The notes under the pieces: generated by a model
Database searches by the model: none
What the model saw: only the letters and a program-made list of their open reading frames with translations
What the model was told of the DNA's origin: nothing
Position numbers and translations under genes: made by a program
Assembly (NCBI GenBank): GCA_965219875.1
Contig: CBDCOW010000001.1
Span: forward strand, 604,062 to 668,061
DNA length: 64,000 bases
Source: Dehalococcoidia bacterium
Lineage (GTDB): Bacteria > Chloroflexota > Dehalococcoidia > SHYB01
Reading direction: 5' to 3'
Shown: positions 19,987 through 31,390 of the stretch, in pieces
Layout: each line of letters begins with the position of its first letter
Position numbering within the stretch: the stretch's first letter is position 1

Positions 19987-20889
19987 CTAGAGCTGTCGCA
20001 GACTCGGGTCCAGCGCGTCGCGGAGCCAGTCGCCCAGCATGTTGAAGGACACCACGACGAGCATGATCGCGATGCCGGGGAAGATGGACATCCACCACAG
20101 GGTGTCGATGAAGTTGCGCCCATCGGACACCATGCCTCCCCAACTTGGGGTTGGCGGCGGGACTCCGACTCCGAGGAAGCTGAGCGATGCGATCGCAAGT
20201 ATGGCCCACCCGACTTGAAGGGTCGAAAGCACGACGATGCTGTTCAGCACGTTGGGCAACAGGTGCACGAAGATGATGCGGGTCGATGAAGCCCCGGCGA
20301 CGCGGGCAAGGGCCACGAAGTCCCGTTGCTTCCATGACAGTACGTCGCCTCTGATCAACCTCGCGTAGCGCGCCCAGAGGATGATGCTCAACACCGTCAC
20401 CACCATCCAATAGCCGGGGCCCAGCGTCAACGCCAGGGTGAGGCCTATCAGGATACCGGGGATCGCGAGCCAGACGTCGACGGTCCGCATGATGAGCGCA
20501 TCGACCCATCCCCCACGATATCCGGCGATCAGTCCCAGGGCGGTGCCGACGAGTCCCCCGAGCAGGATCGAGAGGAAGGCGATGGATAGGGAGGTGCGAC
20601 TCCCGACGATGATCCGCGACAGGATGTCCCGGCCCTGGCGGTCGGTGCCCAGCAGATTGGTGAAACTCCCGTCCTCGGTCCACGCCGGCGGCAGCTCCCG
20701 GGCGACCAGGTCCGTTCTGGTCGCGTTGTGCGGGGCGATCCATGACGACAAGATGGCCACTACCAAGATGACGAGGAGGATTCCTCCGGGCACCTTGGGA
20801 ACGGACTTCAACCCGCCGAGGGCCCTGCGCCAGTCCCCCAGCACCGCCGAGAGCGGCCGATTGACGATCGAGTCTTCTGTTCCGGTCAC
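19987..20889 (-). CDS. DppC/OppC-like ABC permease
   Basis: LGTDRQGRDILSR, LSFLGVG..PSWG, GDWLRDALDP. Confidence 0.93.
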   Translation of the reverse strand: MTGTEDSIVNRPLSAVLGDWRRALGGLKSVPKVPGGILLVILVVAILSSWIAPHNATRTDLVARELPPAWTEDGSFTNLLGTDRQGRDILSRIIVGSRTSLSIAFLSILLGGLVGTALGLIAGYRGGWVDALIMRTVDVWLAIPGILIGLTLALTLGPGYWMVVTVLSIILWARYARLIRGDVLSWKQRDFVALARVAGASSTRIIFVHLLPNVLNSIVVLSTLQVGWAILAIASLSFLGVGVPPPTPSWGGMVSDGRNFIDTLWWMSIFPGIAIMLVVVSFNMLGDWLRDALDPSLRQL

Positions 20890-21800
20890 ACCCTAATCCG
20901 CGGGTCCAAGAGGACGTACAGAATGTCGACAAGGAAGTTGATGGCGATGACGAGCGCGATCCAGGTGAGCACGACGATTTGGAGCAACGGAAAATCTCTG
21001 AAGAGCACCGCTTCATATGCGAGACGTCCGAGACCCGGCCAGGCGAACACGACCTCGATGGTCACCGCGGCGCCCACGATGATCCCATACATGAATCCGA
21101 TGAAAGTTACGACCGGGATCAACGCGTTGCGAAAGGCGTGCTTCAACACGACTTTGTACTCTTTGACTCCCTTGAGACGCGCCAGCCGCATGAATTCTTG
21201 ATCGAGCACTTCGAGCATGCTGGAGCGGAGCAATCGCACGATGCCCGCGCTGGAAAACCATCCCAATGCCAGGGCGGGCAGGATGTAGTGCGTCCAACCG
21301 CCAATTCCGGCCGCGGGCGCCCATCCCAGCGCGACGGAAAACAGCAGCACGAAGAGGATTGCCATGAAGAAGGCGGGCACGGACTGGCCTATCAGCGCCA
21401 CGCCCGTGGCCAGCCGGTCCCAGAAACGACCCCGGTTGACCGCGGCCACCACGCCCAGAGGGATACCGATTCCGACGGCTACCAGCATCGCGGCCGACGC
21501 CAGCTTGAGGGAGTTGCCCAGCCGGTTGGGGACAAGCTCGCTTGCGGGGCGCAGGGTACGCAGCGACGTGCCGAAATCTCCCCGCACGGCATCCTTGAGA
21601 TAGACCCAGTACTGATACAGCACGTGCCGGTCCAGGCCTTTGGCCTCAATGAGCGCCTCCCGCTCCTCCGCCGTCGCTTCGATGGGAAGGATCAGATCGA
21701 CCGGATTCCCAGTGATGCGTGCGAGGAGGAAGATCACGAGGCTGGCCACGAAGAGGGCCACGACCGCCTGGATAAGACGGCTGAGTACGAACCGGATCAT
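20886..21800 (-). CDS. DppB/OppB-like ABC permease
   Basis: GDFGTS, RSSMLEVL, HAFRNALIP, DILYVLLDPRI. Confidence 0.93.
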   Translation of the reverse strand: MIRFVLSRLIQAVVALFVASLVIFLLARITGNPVDLILPIEATAEEREALIEAKGLDRHVLYQYWVYLKDAVRGDFGTSLRTLRPASELVPNRLGNSLKLASAAMLVAVGIGIPLGVVAAVNRGRFWDRLATGVALIGQSVPAFFMAILFVLLFSVALGWAPAAGIGGWTHYILPALALGWFSSAGIVRLLRSSMLEVLDQEFMRLARLKGVKEYKVVLKHAFRNALIPVVTFIGFMYGIIVGAAVTIEVVFAWPGLGRLAYEAVLFRDFPLLQIVVLTWIALVIAINFLVDILYVLLDPRIRV

Positions 21801-21953
21801 CGCGCTAGCAGGACCTCCTCGTGCTGGCTCTTGGCAACCAGCGCCGGCCCGAAAGGCGCTTCAAGCGGGGATTATACACACCAACCACGCGCATAGCCGG
21901 AGGCGGCCCACGCCGCCCCCGGCTATGCCTTCGAGCCGGGAGGCCTACTACTT

Positions 21954-22832
21954 CTAGCGAGGGTTCTTCTTCTTGAAGTCCTCGGCGATCTCGTTGAACG
22001 TGACGAACTTCGCCCCCGGGTGGCTCTGGACGTAGGCAATGACCCGTTCCAGCATGAGGAGTACCTGAGGCCGTCCGCTGACGTCCGGATGGATCGTGAA
22101 GGTGAAAATGGCGTCGTCGTACTCGCGGTAGACCCAGTCGAACTGGTCGCGCCAGAGTTGCTCGATGTCGCGGGGGTTTACCCAGCCGTGGCTGTTCGCC
22201 GCCTTCTTGATGAACATCATCGGCGGTAGATCGTCCAGGTACCAACTCCCGGGGATCTCGACAATGTCCGTCTCCTGCCCGCGGACCAGCGGCTTCATCC
22301 ACGTCTCGGCTGGCTGCGAGTAGTCGATCTTGGTCCAGGTGTCCCCTACCCGCGCGTAGTAACACTCATGATCGGTGTGCGACAGGCTGTGGTCGTAGGT
22401 GAAGCCGTACTTCTGGAGCAGTCCGATGGTGGCGTTGCTCACTTCCCACCATGGCGCCACGTAGCCCGTCGGCGATTCTCCGGTGTACTTCTTGATGAGG
22501 TCGATGCACTTGACGAGAATCGCCTCTTCCTGCTCCGGAGACATGGCGAGGGGGTTCTCATGGGAATACCCATGCACGCCGATTTCGTGGCCCCCCTCGA
22601 CCATCATCTCGGTCTGGCGAGGGAAGGTCTCGATCGAGTGCCCGGGTGGGAACCAGGTCGTCTTGATCCCAAAATTGTCGAAGAGCTTGAGGAGCCGTGG
22701 CGTCCCGATCTCTCCGGCGAACATACCCTGGGAGATGTCGAAGGGCGAGTCCTCCCCTCCATACGAGCCGAGCTTTCCTGCAACCGCGTCCACGTCGATC
22801 CCGAATGCGCACAGAATCTGCTTCTCAGCCAT
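21954..22832 (-). CDS. Polysaccharide deacetylase family (PuuE/HP0310-like)
   Basis: [28 protein letters not shown]. Confidence 0.9.
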   Translation of the reverse strand: MAEKQILCAFGIDVDAVAGKLGSYGGEDSPFDISQGMFAGEIGTPRLLKLFDNFGIKTTWFPPGHSIETFPRQTEMMVEGGHEIGVHGYSHENPLAMSPEQEEAILVKCIDLIKKYTGESPTGYVAPWWEVSNATIGLLQKYGFTYDHSLSHTDHECYYARVGDTWTKIDYSQPAETWMKPLVRGQETDIVEIPGSWYLDDLPPMMFIKKAANSHGWVNPRDIEQLWRDQFDWVYREYDDAIFTFTIHPDVSGRPQVLLMLERVIAYVQSHPGAKFVTFNEIAEDFKKKNPR

Positions 22833-22857
22833 CATGGCCTCCTTTTCAGCTTCACGG

Positions 22858-24384
22858 TCATGCTTTCTGTTCGCCCCGAACGGCGACCGGCGGATGGGCA
22901 TCATGCCATCCCGTGGCCCGCTCATAGGCGTTGGCAGCCTGGAGAAGGGTGACCTCGTCGAACGGGCTGCCCATCAACTGGAAGCCGATGGGCAGCCCAC
23001 CTCCCGAGAACCCGCACGGCAGGCTTATCGACGGATATCCGGTTAGGTTTCCCACCCTGTTGAGCCGTCCCAGGGCGTTTAGGACGGGGAGTTGCGCGCC
23101 CCCGGCCTGTACGTCCGTCTCCCCGCGCCTCGGCGCGACGACGACGGTGGTCGCGAAAGCCAGGACGTGCACGTCCCGCAGCGCGCTGAGGACTTCCCGG
23201 GTCAGCGCGGACCGTGCCTTCTGGGCCCCGATATAGTCCGAGGCGGTAACGTCCCCGCCGGCGGCGAGCCGGGGCCTCATCCGCGGGTCGATCTCTTCGG
23301 CATGAGCCTCAAGGAGAGCTCCATGCGACGCGAACGCCTCTGCCCCCATCAGAGTCGCAGCCAGATCGATGGCCGTTGGGAGCGACGGGATGGAGACCTC
23401 CACGATCGCTGCGCCGAGGCCTGCGAGGGTGTCGATGGCCGCCCTCACGGCTGTCTCGACCTCGGGGTCGAGGGTGTCCCACACAAACTCACGGGGCACG
23501 CCGACTCGGAGCCCCGTCGCGCCGCCCTCGAGGCCGGTGGTGAAGTCAGGCGCCGGCAGGTCGGCCGAGGTCGGGTCCTGGGGATCGTAGCCGGCGAGGG
23601 CGTTCAGCACGAGGGCCGAGTCCGCCACCGTCCGGGCGAAGATGCTGACGTGGTCGAGCGACCAGCACAGTTGGGTCGTACCCCGCTGGCTGATGCGCCC
23701 ATAGTTCGGCTTGAGGCCGACCAACCCGCAGAGCGACGCGGGGATGCGCCCGGAGCCTCCCGTATCGGTGCCCAGGGCCGCCGCGCACCCTCCCGCCGCG
23801 GTCGCGGCCGCCGAGCCTCCGCTCGAGCCCCCGCTCATCAGCTCCGGGGCCCAGGGGTTGCACGAGTCGCCATAGTGGGCGTTCTCACCGGTGGCCCCGA
23901 AGGCGAGCTCGTTCATGTTGAGCTTACCCACGATAACCGCGCCCGCGTCCTTGAGCCTTGCCACCGAAGAGGCGTCCTCATTCGGGACGTGGTGGGCCCA
24001 GACCGTCGTGCCGGACGTGGTGCGAAGGCCCTTGGTGGCGAACAGGTCCTTCAGCCCGACGGGTATTCCATGGAGCGGGCCGCGATACTCGCCGCGGGAG
24101 ATCGCCCGCTCGGCTTCCCTGGCCGCCGCTTTGGCCTCATCTCGGGCTACGGTGATGAAGGCGTTGAGGGTCTCTTCCAGCGCGTCGATGCGTTCCAGGT
24201 GGGCGTCCACGAGCTCCACTGGGGACAACTCGCGTCTCTCGATCAGAGATGAGAGCTCTGTGATGGGACGAAGGCACAGGGCTTGATGTCGTATCGGCGC
24301 CCCTCGCTTCGGCCTGCCCGTATCGGAAAGGGAGACCTTCTGACAGAGGGCGGCATGGTACTGTGCGGCTCCGCGGCTTGTCAA
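22858..24384 (-). CDS. Amidase-signature family enzyme (start uncertain)
   Basis: [25 protein letters not shown]. Confidence 0.92.
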   Translation of the reverse strand: MTSRGAAQYHAALCQKVSLSDTGRPKRGAPIRHQALCLRPITELSSLIERRELSPVELVDAHLERIDALEETLNAFITVARDEAKAAAREAERAISRGEYRGPLHGIPVGLKDLFATKGLRTTSGTTVWAHHVPNEDASSVARLKDAGAVIVGKLNMNELAFGATGENAHYGDSCNPWAPELMSGGSSGGSAAATAAGGCAAALGTDTGGSGRIPASLCGLVGLKPNYGRISQRGTTQLCWSLDHVSIFARTVADSALVLNALAGYDPQDPTSADLPAPDFTTGLEGGATGLRVGVPREFVWDTLDPEVETAVRAAIDTLAGLGAAIVEVSIPSLPTAIDLAATLMGAEAFASHGALLEAHAEEIDPRMRPRLAAGGDVTASDYIGAQKARSALTREVLSALRDVHVLAFATTVVVAPRRGETDVQAGGAQLPVLNALGRLNRVGNLTGYPSISLPCGFSGGGLPIGFQLMGSPFDEVTLLQAANAYERATGWHDAHPPVAVRGEQKA

Positions 24385-24458
24385 CAGCGAGCCGGCCTGG
24401 CGAACGAGTCCAATGCTAGGGAAGTTCCGGTTGCAAGCTTTCGGTAGGTTGGGTACGG

Positions 24459-25499
24459 TTGCCGGGCTCCGGCGGCGACGCCAGAGCAGAAAGGCGGTGT
24501 CGGACGAAGGCGAGGATAGGGCTGTGCATGGGCAACTGGCTGCCCGCCGAACTCCTTCGGCAGGCAGCCCGGTCCGCGGAGAGACAGGGCTACGAGATCT
24601 TCTGGCTCACCGAGTCGTCAACCGGCATGGGCAAGGACGTGTCGTCCCAGCTAGCCTCCGTTGCCCTCGGCACCTCAACCATCCGCGTGGGGACGGGCAT
24701 CATGCCCATCTATACCCGGACTCCCACCTTGATCGCCGAGGTTGCGACAAGCCTTGACGAGATCTCCGGAGGGCGGTTTACGCTCGGCCTCGGGGCAGGC
24801 CACGGCAACAACCTGGCGACGGCCCACGGGGTCACGGTCGAGCGCCCGCTTTGGAGAATGCGGGAGTGCGTGGCAATTCTTCGAGAGGCTCTGAGCACCG
24901 GACACGCCACATTCCACGGCGAGATCTTCGACATCCCGGACCTGGAGCTGCTGCTACCCAACCCGGACCGGCGGCCGCCAATCTACATAGGCGTCCTCAG
25001 ACCGGGTCTGGCCCAGCTCGCTGGCGAAATCGCCGATGGGGTGATTCTGAACATGGTCACCCCCGACTACCTCCAAGAGGTGGTCCCGCTGGTCCGGGCC
25101 GCCGCCGAGCGGGCGGGCCGCGAGCCCGACGAAGTGGACATCGCCTGCCTCGTCTTGGCCTGCGCCGACGACCGGGAAGCAGAGCGCGTGTGCAGCGAAC
25201 GGATCGCGAACTATCACACGATGCCGTTCTACCAGGAGCACATGAAGCGCAGCGGCTTCGCGGCCGAGGTCGAAGCCATCGTGGCCGGGCTGCGCCGAGG
25301 AGGTCTCGCGGAGGGTGCCAGAGCGGTATCTCCACGAATGCTGGAGACGCTGGCTCTCGTTGGCGACCCGAAGAGTTGGCCTGAGAAAATCAACCGATAC
25401 CGCGAGGCGGGGATCGGCCTGCCGTGCCTGTTCCTCTTTCCTGCCGAGAATGACGAAGCTGGATCGGTCCTCAGAGGAGTCGAGGCGCTCCAGGGCTGA
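24459..25499 (+). CDS. LLM (F420/flavin) oxidoreductase, paralogue 1 (start uncertain)
   Basis: PIYTRTPTL..SLDEISGGRF.LGLG; close to 45039-46031. Confidence 0.88.
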   Translation: MPGSGGDARAERRCRTKARIGLCMGNWLPAELLRQAARSAERQGYEIFWLTESSTGMGKDVSSQLASVALGTSTIRVGTGIMPIYTRTPTLIAEVATSLDEISGGRFTLGLGAGHGNNLATAHGVTVERPLWRMRECVAILREALSTGHATFHGEIFDIPDLELLLPNPDRRPPIYIGVLRPGLAQLAGEIADGVILNMVTPDYLQEVVPLVRAAAERAGREPDEVDIACLVLACADDREAERVCSERIANYHTMPFYQEHMKRSGFAAEVEAIVAGLRRGGLAEGARAVSPRMLETLALVGDPKSWPEKINRYREAGIGLPCLFLFPAENDEAGSVLRGVEALQG

Positions 25500-26645
25500 T
25501 CAGACCTCGAACTTGAGCAAGCGCACCGCGTTCTCGGACGTGACCTTGTATCTGTCCTCGTCGGGGACTCCCGTGAAGATCCTGTCGAGATACTCCATCG
25601 ACTTGGGCCACGTGGCCTCCGAGTGCGGATAGTCGTTGCCCCAGACCATGTTCTCTACTCCGATGATGTCGCGAAGCCGTTGCACCCCAACGTGGTCCTC
25701 GAGGAACGTGGCAAACATGTTCTCGTGCCAGTAGTCGCTGGGGATCATGCCCCGCTTCGAACGCCAGCCCCTGCCGTAGAAACCCCGCTCCTTGTACGTC
25801 TCGTCGAGCCTGGCGAGCCAGTAGGGGATCCACGACAGCTCGTGCTCTCCGGCGCACATCTTCAGGCCGGGGTAGCGGTCGAAGACGCCGGCGAAGATCA
25901 TCGCGCCGAGCGAGTAGCGGACCCAGTAGTCGTGGTTGGACCTCCCGGCCGGGGTGTACTCGCTAAAGTCGGTCGTCTGCTCCAAACCGGGGATGCCATG
26001 CCGGACGTAGCCGCTATGCATGATGAGGGGCATCTCGAGGTGAGCGGCAGTCCACCAAAGACGGTCGTAGATGGGGTGGCGGTAGGGTCTGTCGGGAAGG
26101 GGATAGACCGGGATGAGAGCCCCGGTGAGCCCCAGCTCCGCGCATCGCTCCAGGTCTTCGCATGCGTCGTCGACATCGTCAACGTTGATGAAGCCCGGCG
26201 CCTTGAGCCGACCTGGGTACGGCTTGATGAAGTCAGCGATGGCTTCGGTATACGCCCGGCAGATGGCGGTGAGGAGCTTACTATCCTCGATCCGGGTGAA
26301 GCAGGCCCCGATGCTCGAGTAGATGTACGCGCCCCAGACCCCGTCCTCCTCCAGGTCCTTGACCATCTCGTGGGGGTCGTATGCTCCCTTGCGCACGTCT
26401 TCCCACGTGGCGACGAAGTCGATCCGGGACGGGTCCTCGAACCGGAGCGCGGTCTGAGTAAAGGCCCCGAGAGTAATCAACTCCTGCCCATCGAGAAACC
26501 AGGCATCGTACTCTCTGCCCTGGGCATTCTCGGACCGCACTAGCCGGGGGGCCCGTTCTCGGAACGCCGGCTCGATCCGATCGATATAGGTGTCCGGCGG
26601 CTCCACGATATGGGTGTCGCACGAAATGATTTTGTAGTCAGGCAT
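25500..26645 (-). CDS. Amidohydrolase_2 family protein
   Basis: ISCDTHIVEPPD, WGNDYPHSE.TWP. Confidence 0.9.
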   Translation of the reverse strand: MPDYKIISCDTHIVEPPDTYIDRIEPAFRERAPRLVRSENAQGREYDAWFLDGQELITLGAFTQTALRFEDPSRIDFVATWEDVRKGAYDPHEMVKDLEEDGVWGAYIYSSIGACFTRIEDSKLLTAICRAYTEAIADFIKPYPGRLKAPGFINVDDVDDACEDLERCAELGLTGALIPVYPLPDRPYRHPIYDRLWWTAAHLEMPLIMHSGYVRHGIPGLEQTTDFSEYTPAGRSNHDYWVRYSLGAMIFAGVFDRYPGLKMCAGEHELSWIPYWLARLDETYKERGFYGRGWRSKRGMIPSDYWHENMFATFLEDHVGVQRLRDIIGVENMVWGNDYPHSEATWPKSMEYLDRIFTGVPDEDRYKVTSENAVRLLKFEV

Positions 26646-26713
26646 TCGGGCCCCCTCATCTTCCGCCTCGGTTGCCAAGCTAACAGAATCCCCGAGACTT
26701 GTCATATACGGGC

Positions 26714-28087
26714 TCATTCACCCAAGGCGCGGACCGCCGGACCGGTCGCCAGGGCCATTGCATCAACGACGCTGTCGAGGTCGTCCATCTTCAGGACCAG
26801 ATCGCGGAGGCGGTCGCAGTCCTCGGGGGAGAGCACCCGCAGGGCATTGTCGCGGTACTTCCGCGCGATCTCGTCCAGGCTGAGCGGGTCGCCCCACTCG
26901 CCGTGCGCCACGTCGACCTGTTCCCGTAGCTCGCACCCGTTTTTCAAACGGATGGTGACCGGGTTTGAAGCATCGCGATATTGGGACGACATCGATGGAT
27001 CGACGACGAGCTCGACTCTCTCTGCCATGGCCCGGGCCTCGGCCGATGACACCTCGGTGTCGTCGAAGCTCTCAATACCGACCTGCCGGTGCAGGATCGC
27101 CTCTGCCACGTTGTGCTGAAGGCTGACCTTGGCGGCGAGCCCGTCCTGGGGGCGAGGCAGGTTCATCCATCCCGCGTTGGGTACCGTCACCGTCACGTGC
27201 TCGACTTGCTCGGGTCTGATGTCATGTTCCAGGACAAGCTTCAGGACCGCGTCGACCCCACGGACGTTCCGATGACAGGTGGGATAGCCCTTGATCGCGA
27301 TGCCCGGATCAACGACATGAAATGGGCGTCCCAGCCCGCGCGTTGTGATCTCCGGGTCGAACCGGTCCAGGCCCATGAATTCGTCGGCCAAGCCGAGCGC
27401 TCCTTCGATTGGCTCCGGTGTGGCCGTCCAGCCGGCGCGAGCGAGCACGGCGGCCCGAACGCCGCCGCCGGCGGCGTTCCCCGCGTGATAGGGCTTCGTC
27501 ATCGTCCCCGTGTTTTTTTTGATTCCGCCCGCGTGAGAGGCGGCGATGCCCAGGGCCATGCGCGTCTGCCACGGATCAAGACCGAGGAGCTTTGCCGAGG
27601 CGGCGGCGGCTCCGATCACGCCGTAGACGCCGACGCTCGAGCCTCTCGCCGGCCCTTCCTGAAGGCCATAGCCATAGGCGACCTTGCCGTGGACCTCGAG
27701 ACCGATCACGAAGGCCTCAATGACCTTCCTCCCCGGCAGCTCCAGCTTCTCGGCGAGGGCGAAGACCGCGGGGAAGATGCTGCAGACGGGATGGCCTACG
27801 GGGAGGGCCGTCGCATCGAAGTCGAGGGCGTTGGCGAGGACCCCGTTGGCAAAGGCCGCGTTGGCGGCGCCGGTCCGATAGCCTCCGGCGATGACCCCGG
27901 CGTCGGGCGTTCCCCCTTCGCCCCGGGTATAGTCGATCACGAGTTGACCGACGGGTTGCGTCGCTCCCGCCAGGGCGACGCCGAAGGTGTCCAGCATCAC
28001 TTCTTTGCTAACGCGGATGGCTTCGGGCGGCAGGTCTTCGTAGCCGGTGCCGGCAATCCATTCAGCGATGGCTTCGGTGACGCTCAT
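26714..28087 (-). CDS. MmgE/PrpD family protein
   Basis: AAFANGVLANALDFD..HP, GTMTKPYHAG, KGYPTC. Confidence 0.92.
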   Translation of the reverse strand: MSVTEAIAEWIAGTGYEDLPPEAIRVSKEVMLDTFGVALAGATQPVGQLVIDYTRGEGGTPDAGVIAGGYRTGAANAAFANGVLANALDFDATALPVGHPVCSIFPAVFALAEKLELPGRKVIEAFVIGLEVHGKVAYGYGLQEGPARGSSVGVYGVIGAAAASAKLLGLDPWQTRMALGIAASHAGGIKKNTGTMTKPYHAGNAAGGGVRAAVLARAGWTATPEPIEGALGLADEFMGLDRFDPEITTRGLGRPFHVVDPGIAIKGYPTCHRNVRGVDAVLKLVLEHDIRPEQVEHVTVTVPNAGWMNLPRPQDGLAAKVSLQHNVAEAILHRQVGIESFDDTEVSSAEARAMAERVELVVDPSMSSQYRDASNPVTIRLKNGCELREQVDVAHGEWGDPLSLDEIARKYRDNALRVLSPEDCDRLRDLVLKMDDLDSVVDAMALATGPAVRALGE

Positions 28088-29382
28088 CGGCGCTGCGCTC
28101 TCCGGCAGATGTCCTCGATCTCCTCCTCATTCAGCATAACGGGGAACTTGTTACCCAGGGCGTCGAGACGCTCCTTCATCGCGTCGTAGACCTCCCGGAT
28201 GCGGTCGTCGTCCGTCGGCAGGCCCATCTCCTCGAGTTTCGCCCGCACCGTCTGCGGGCTGAGGAGGCCGTACGTCATCGCCGGCGTGGGGCGCATCCCG
28301 ACGAGGTCCAGATCGTAGGAGCTCAGCTCCAACTCCCGGTAGCTCTTTCCCCGCAGGTAGCCGAGGTAGTGCGGCGGATAGTCGATCAGGCTCATGTGTT
28401 CCCCGGTAATCGGCTGGAAGGGGAGTCGTTGAACGCCCGTGATCCGCTCGACGGTGGCCGAGAGCTCATGCAGCCTGGTCAAGTCGGCGCCCGTTTCGAT
28501 CCCGTAGAGCAACTGCAGGGACACGACGACCTCCTCGAGACTGGCAAAGCCCTGGTCGCCGATCGCGTTGACCGAGACCTGCGGCCATGCGCCCGCGGAC
28601 GTCGCGGCGAGGACCAGCGCCGTCGCCGACCCGAGGTTGTTGCGGGCGTGGAAGTAGATTGGCACGTCCCGCACCAGCCCCGCCCGCATGGTTTTCACGA
28701 GATATCGGGTAGCGTCTGGGGTCGATGCCCCCCTCGAGTCCGCCATCAAGAGGCTCTCGGCGCCGCTATTGAGATAGAAGTTCTGTCGATCGACGACCGT
28801 CTGCATATCCTCGAGGAAGTCGCCGTCGCCGCCGATGTAGACCGAGGAAACGCAGACGCCGAGACCCTTCTTGCTGGCATAGTCGATCGCTTTCGGGAGA
28901 TCGCGCAGGCGCTCATCGGACTCGGGGGCCTCGGCCGTACGACCGAGTTGACTGCGCGCCGGGACTGCCGATAGGCCGAGGGCCTGGGCGCCGCTATCCA
29001 CGATGCGGTCGATCTGCTCCTTATACTCCCCTTCCTGCCAGGTGCCGAACAGGCCCCACACCCGTATCTTGGTCTTGAGCCCCAATGAGGCGACCGCCCG
29101 AAGCCCCTCCCAGACCCGCTGGTCCTTTGCCGTTCCGTATTGGTTGGCTAGGAATACGGTTTCCTGGACGCCGACCGCGTCGAGAAGACGGGCTACCTCC
29201 TGGTACTCCTCCACCGAGTAGAGACGGCTCGCGGGAAGGTGGTCCAGTTTCAGGGGCGTCCAGTCCTGAATGACCAGCGGCTCACGGAAGTCGTACTGTT
29301 CCTGGATCTCGGGAAGGAAGTTATATGGGCTAACCTTGTGAAGATCGCCTTCCCACGGGCTGCCCGTGCCGGAGGCGCTCAT
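28084..29382 (-). CDS. Divergent DRE-TIM (HMGL/LeuA-like) protein, paralogue A
   Basis: LMADSRG, HARNNLG.ATA, VNAIGD.G.ASLEEVV; D-R-E motif replaced. Confidence 0.8.
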   Translation of the reverse strand: MSASGTGSPWEGDLHKVSPYNFLPEIQEQYDFREPLVIQDWTPLKLDHLPASRLYSVEEYQEVARLLDAVGVQETVFLANQYGTAKDQRVWEGLRAVASLGLKTKIRVWGLFGTWQEGEYKEQIDRIVDSGAQALGLSAVPARSQLGRTAEAPESDERLRDLPKAIDYASKKGLGVCVSSVYIGGDGDFLEDMQTVVDRQNFYLNSGAESLLMADSRGASTPDATRYLVKTMRAGLVRDVPIYFHARNNLGSATALVLAATSAGAWPQVSVNAIGDQGFASLEEVVVSLQLLYGIETGADLTRLHELSATVERITGVQRLPFQPITGEHMSLIDYPPHYLGYLRGKSYRELELSSYDLDLVGMRPTPAMTYGLLSPQTVRAKLEEMGLPTDDDRIREVYDAMKERLDALGNKFPVMLNEEEIEDICRRAQRR

Positions 29383-30395
29383 CGTTCCATCGCTCCCGCT
29401 CCGCCAGACGCGGCGTACTGCGGGTTGTTTACCATGTGACAGGCGACGGTATGCGAGCCCTCGGCTCCGACGAGCGGCGGCTCGTCTTCCTCGCAGATCG
29501 CTCGGGCGTAGAGGCAGCGGGTGCGAAACCGGCAGCCCGAGGGTGGATCAATGGGACTGGGGACCTCGCCGGGCAGGATGATCTCCTCGCGATCGATGTC
29601 GGGATGGGAGGGAAGTGCCGCCGAGAGGAGGGCCTGGGTGTAGGGGTGAAGCGGGCTCTCGAAGAGGGTCTCCGTCTCGGCTTGCTCGACGATCTTTCCC
29701 AGGTACATCACCGCGATCTTCATCGTCATGTACCGCACGGTGGCTAGGTCATGGGCTATGAGCAGATACGTCAGCCCCAGGCTCTCCTGGAGGTCTTTGA
29801 AGAGGTTCATGACCTGGGCCCGGATGGAGACATCCAGTGACGATACCGGCTCGTCAAGGATGATGACGCTCGGGTTGAGTGCCAGGGCCCGGGCCAGCGC
29901 AAGGCGTTGCCGCTGGCCGCCGCTGAACTCGTGGGGATACTGGGAGGCGACGCTAGGGGCCAACCCCACCTGCTCGAAGACCCACTTCACTCTGGCATCG
30001 ATCTCCTGGGCGGAGCCGAAGCCGTTGATCACCAGCGGCTCAGCGACGATGGAGCCCACCCGCATCCTCGGATTGAGCGAGCTGTACGGGTCCTGGAAGA
30101 CCGCCTGGAAGTTCGCGCGGTAGTCTCTGAGCTGCTTCCCGCGGAGGCTTCGGACGTCCCGGCCCCGGAATATGATCGTTCCGGCCGTCGGCTCTTCGAG
30201 GAGGAGGATCAGCCGGCCCGTCGTCGTCTTGCCGCACCCCGACTCGCCAACAAGACCCCACGTATCGCCCTCCTCCACGGAGAACGAGATGTCGTCGACG
30301 GCCTTGACCCAACTATTCGGCGCAAGGAACGGGATGCTCCTCCCTACGGGGAAGTGCTTTTTGAGGTGCTGGACCTCCAGGATTGTCTCAGTCAC
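29379..30395 (-). CDS. DppF/OppF-like ABC ATPase
   Basis: [25 protein letters not shown]. Confidence 0.94.
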   Translation of the reverse strand: MTETILEVQHLKKHFPVGRSIPFLAPNSWVKAVDDISFSVEEGDTWGLVGESGCGKTTTGRLILLLEEPTAGTIIFRGRDVRSLRGKQLRDYRANFQAVFQDPYSSLNPRMRVGSIVAEPLVINGFGSAQEIDARVKWVFEQVGLAPSVASQYPHEFSGGQRQRLALARALALNPSVIILDEPVSSLDVSIRAQVMNLFKDLQESLGLTYLLIAHDLATVRYMTMKIAVMYLGKIVEQAETETLFESPLHPYTQALLSAALPSHPDIDREEIILPGEVPSPIDPPSGCRFRTRCLYARAICEEDEPPLVGAEGSHTVACHMVNNPQYAASGGAGAMER

Positions 30396-31377
30396 GTTTC
30401 TCCTCGACATGGAGCCAGCAGCTGGCTGTGTGCTCCCGTCCAACCGCTGCCGCGGGCGGGAACTCCTTCCAACAGACATCCATCACGTGCGGGCAACGCG
30501 GGGCGAACGTGCACCCTGCCGGCAGGTCCAGAAGCGATGGCGGCTGTCCCTGGATGGAATGGAGACGATCGACTTTCTGCTCCATCTTGGGCACGGAGTT
30601 CAGCAGGGCCTGGGTGTAGGGATGGCTGGGGCTATTGAAGATTTCGCGGACAGGGCCGGCCTCGACGATCTTGCCGGCGTACATCACCGCGACCTTGTGA
30701 CACATCTTGGCCACGATACCGAAATCGTGCGTGACGAAGATGATGGAGGTGCCCGTTTCCTGTTGCAGCTCGTTGAGCAGCCTCAGGTACTGGGCCTGGA
30801 TCGTGACGTCGAGGGAGGTGGTGGGCTCGTCGGCGATGATGAGCTGTGGCTCGTTGGCGAGGGAAAGCGCCCCAACCAGGCGCTGACGGATGCCCCCACT
30901 CATCTGGTGTGGGAACTGCCCCGCCCGAACCTCCGGGGATGAGATTTTTACCATACGGATCAGGTCCTGCACCCGTCCCTTCACCGCGGACCCGGAAAGC
31001 TTCTGATGGGTGGTAAGAGCCTCTCCCAACTGGTCGCCAATGGTGAAGACGGGATTGAGTGACGTCATCGGGTCCTGCAGGATCATGGCGATCTGCTGCC
31101 CCCGAACCCGGCGCATCTCTTCATCCGTGAGCTTGAGGAGATCCCGGCCGTCGAAGATGACCTCGCCGCCGACGATTGTCCCAGCCGGCTTGGGGACGAC
31201 TCGAAGAATCGAGAGGCAAGTGATGCTCTTGCCACAGCCCGACTCCCCAACCAGTCCGAGGGTCTCCCCACGATTGAGGGTGAAGCTCACCCCATCGACG
31301 GCTTTGACGATCCCCCGCCGAACGAAGAAATGGGTACGGAGGTCCCGCACCTCCAGGAGGGGTTGAGCCGTCTCCAT
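30388..31377 (-). CDS. DppD/OppD-like ABC ATPase
   Basis: GESGCGKS, MSGGIRQR, DEPTT. Confidence 0.94.
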   Translation of the reverse strand: METAQPLLEVRDLRTHFFVRRGIVKAVDGVSFTLNRGETLGLVGESGCGKSITCLSILRVVPKPAGTIVGGEVIFDGRDLLKLTDEEMRRVRGQQIAMILQDPMTSLNPVFTIGDQLGEALTTHQKLSGSAVKGRVQDLIRMVKISSPEVRAGQFPHQMSGGIRQRLVGALSLANEPQLIIADEPTTSLDVTIQAQYLRLLNELQQETGTSIIFVTHDFGIVAKMCHKVAVMYAGKIVEAGPVREIFNSPSHPYTQALLNSVPKMEQKVDRLHSIQGQPPSLLDLPAGCTFAPRCPHVMDVCWKEFPPAAAVGREHTASCWLHVEEKRD

Positions 31378-31390
31378 CACTTGCCCCGCA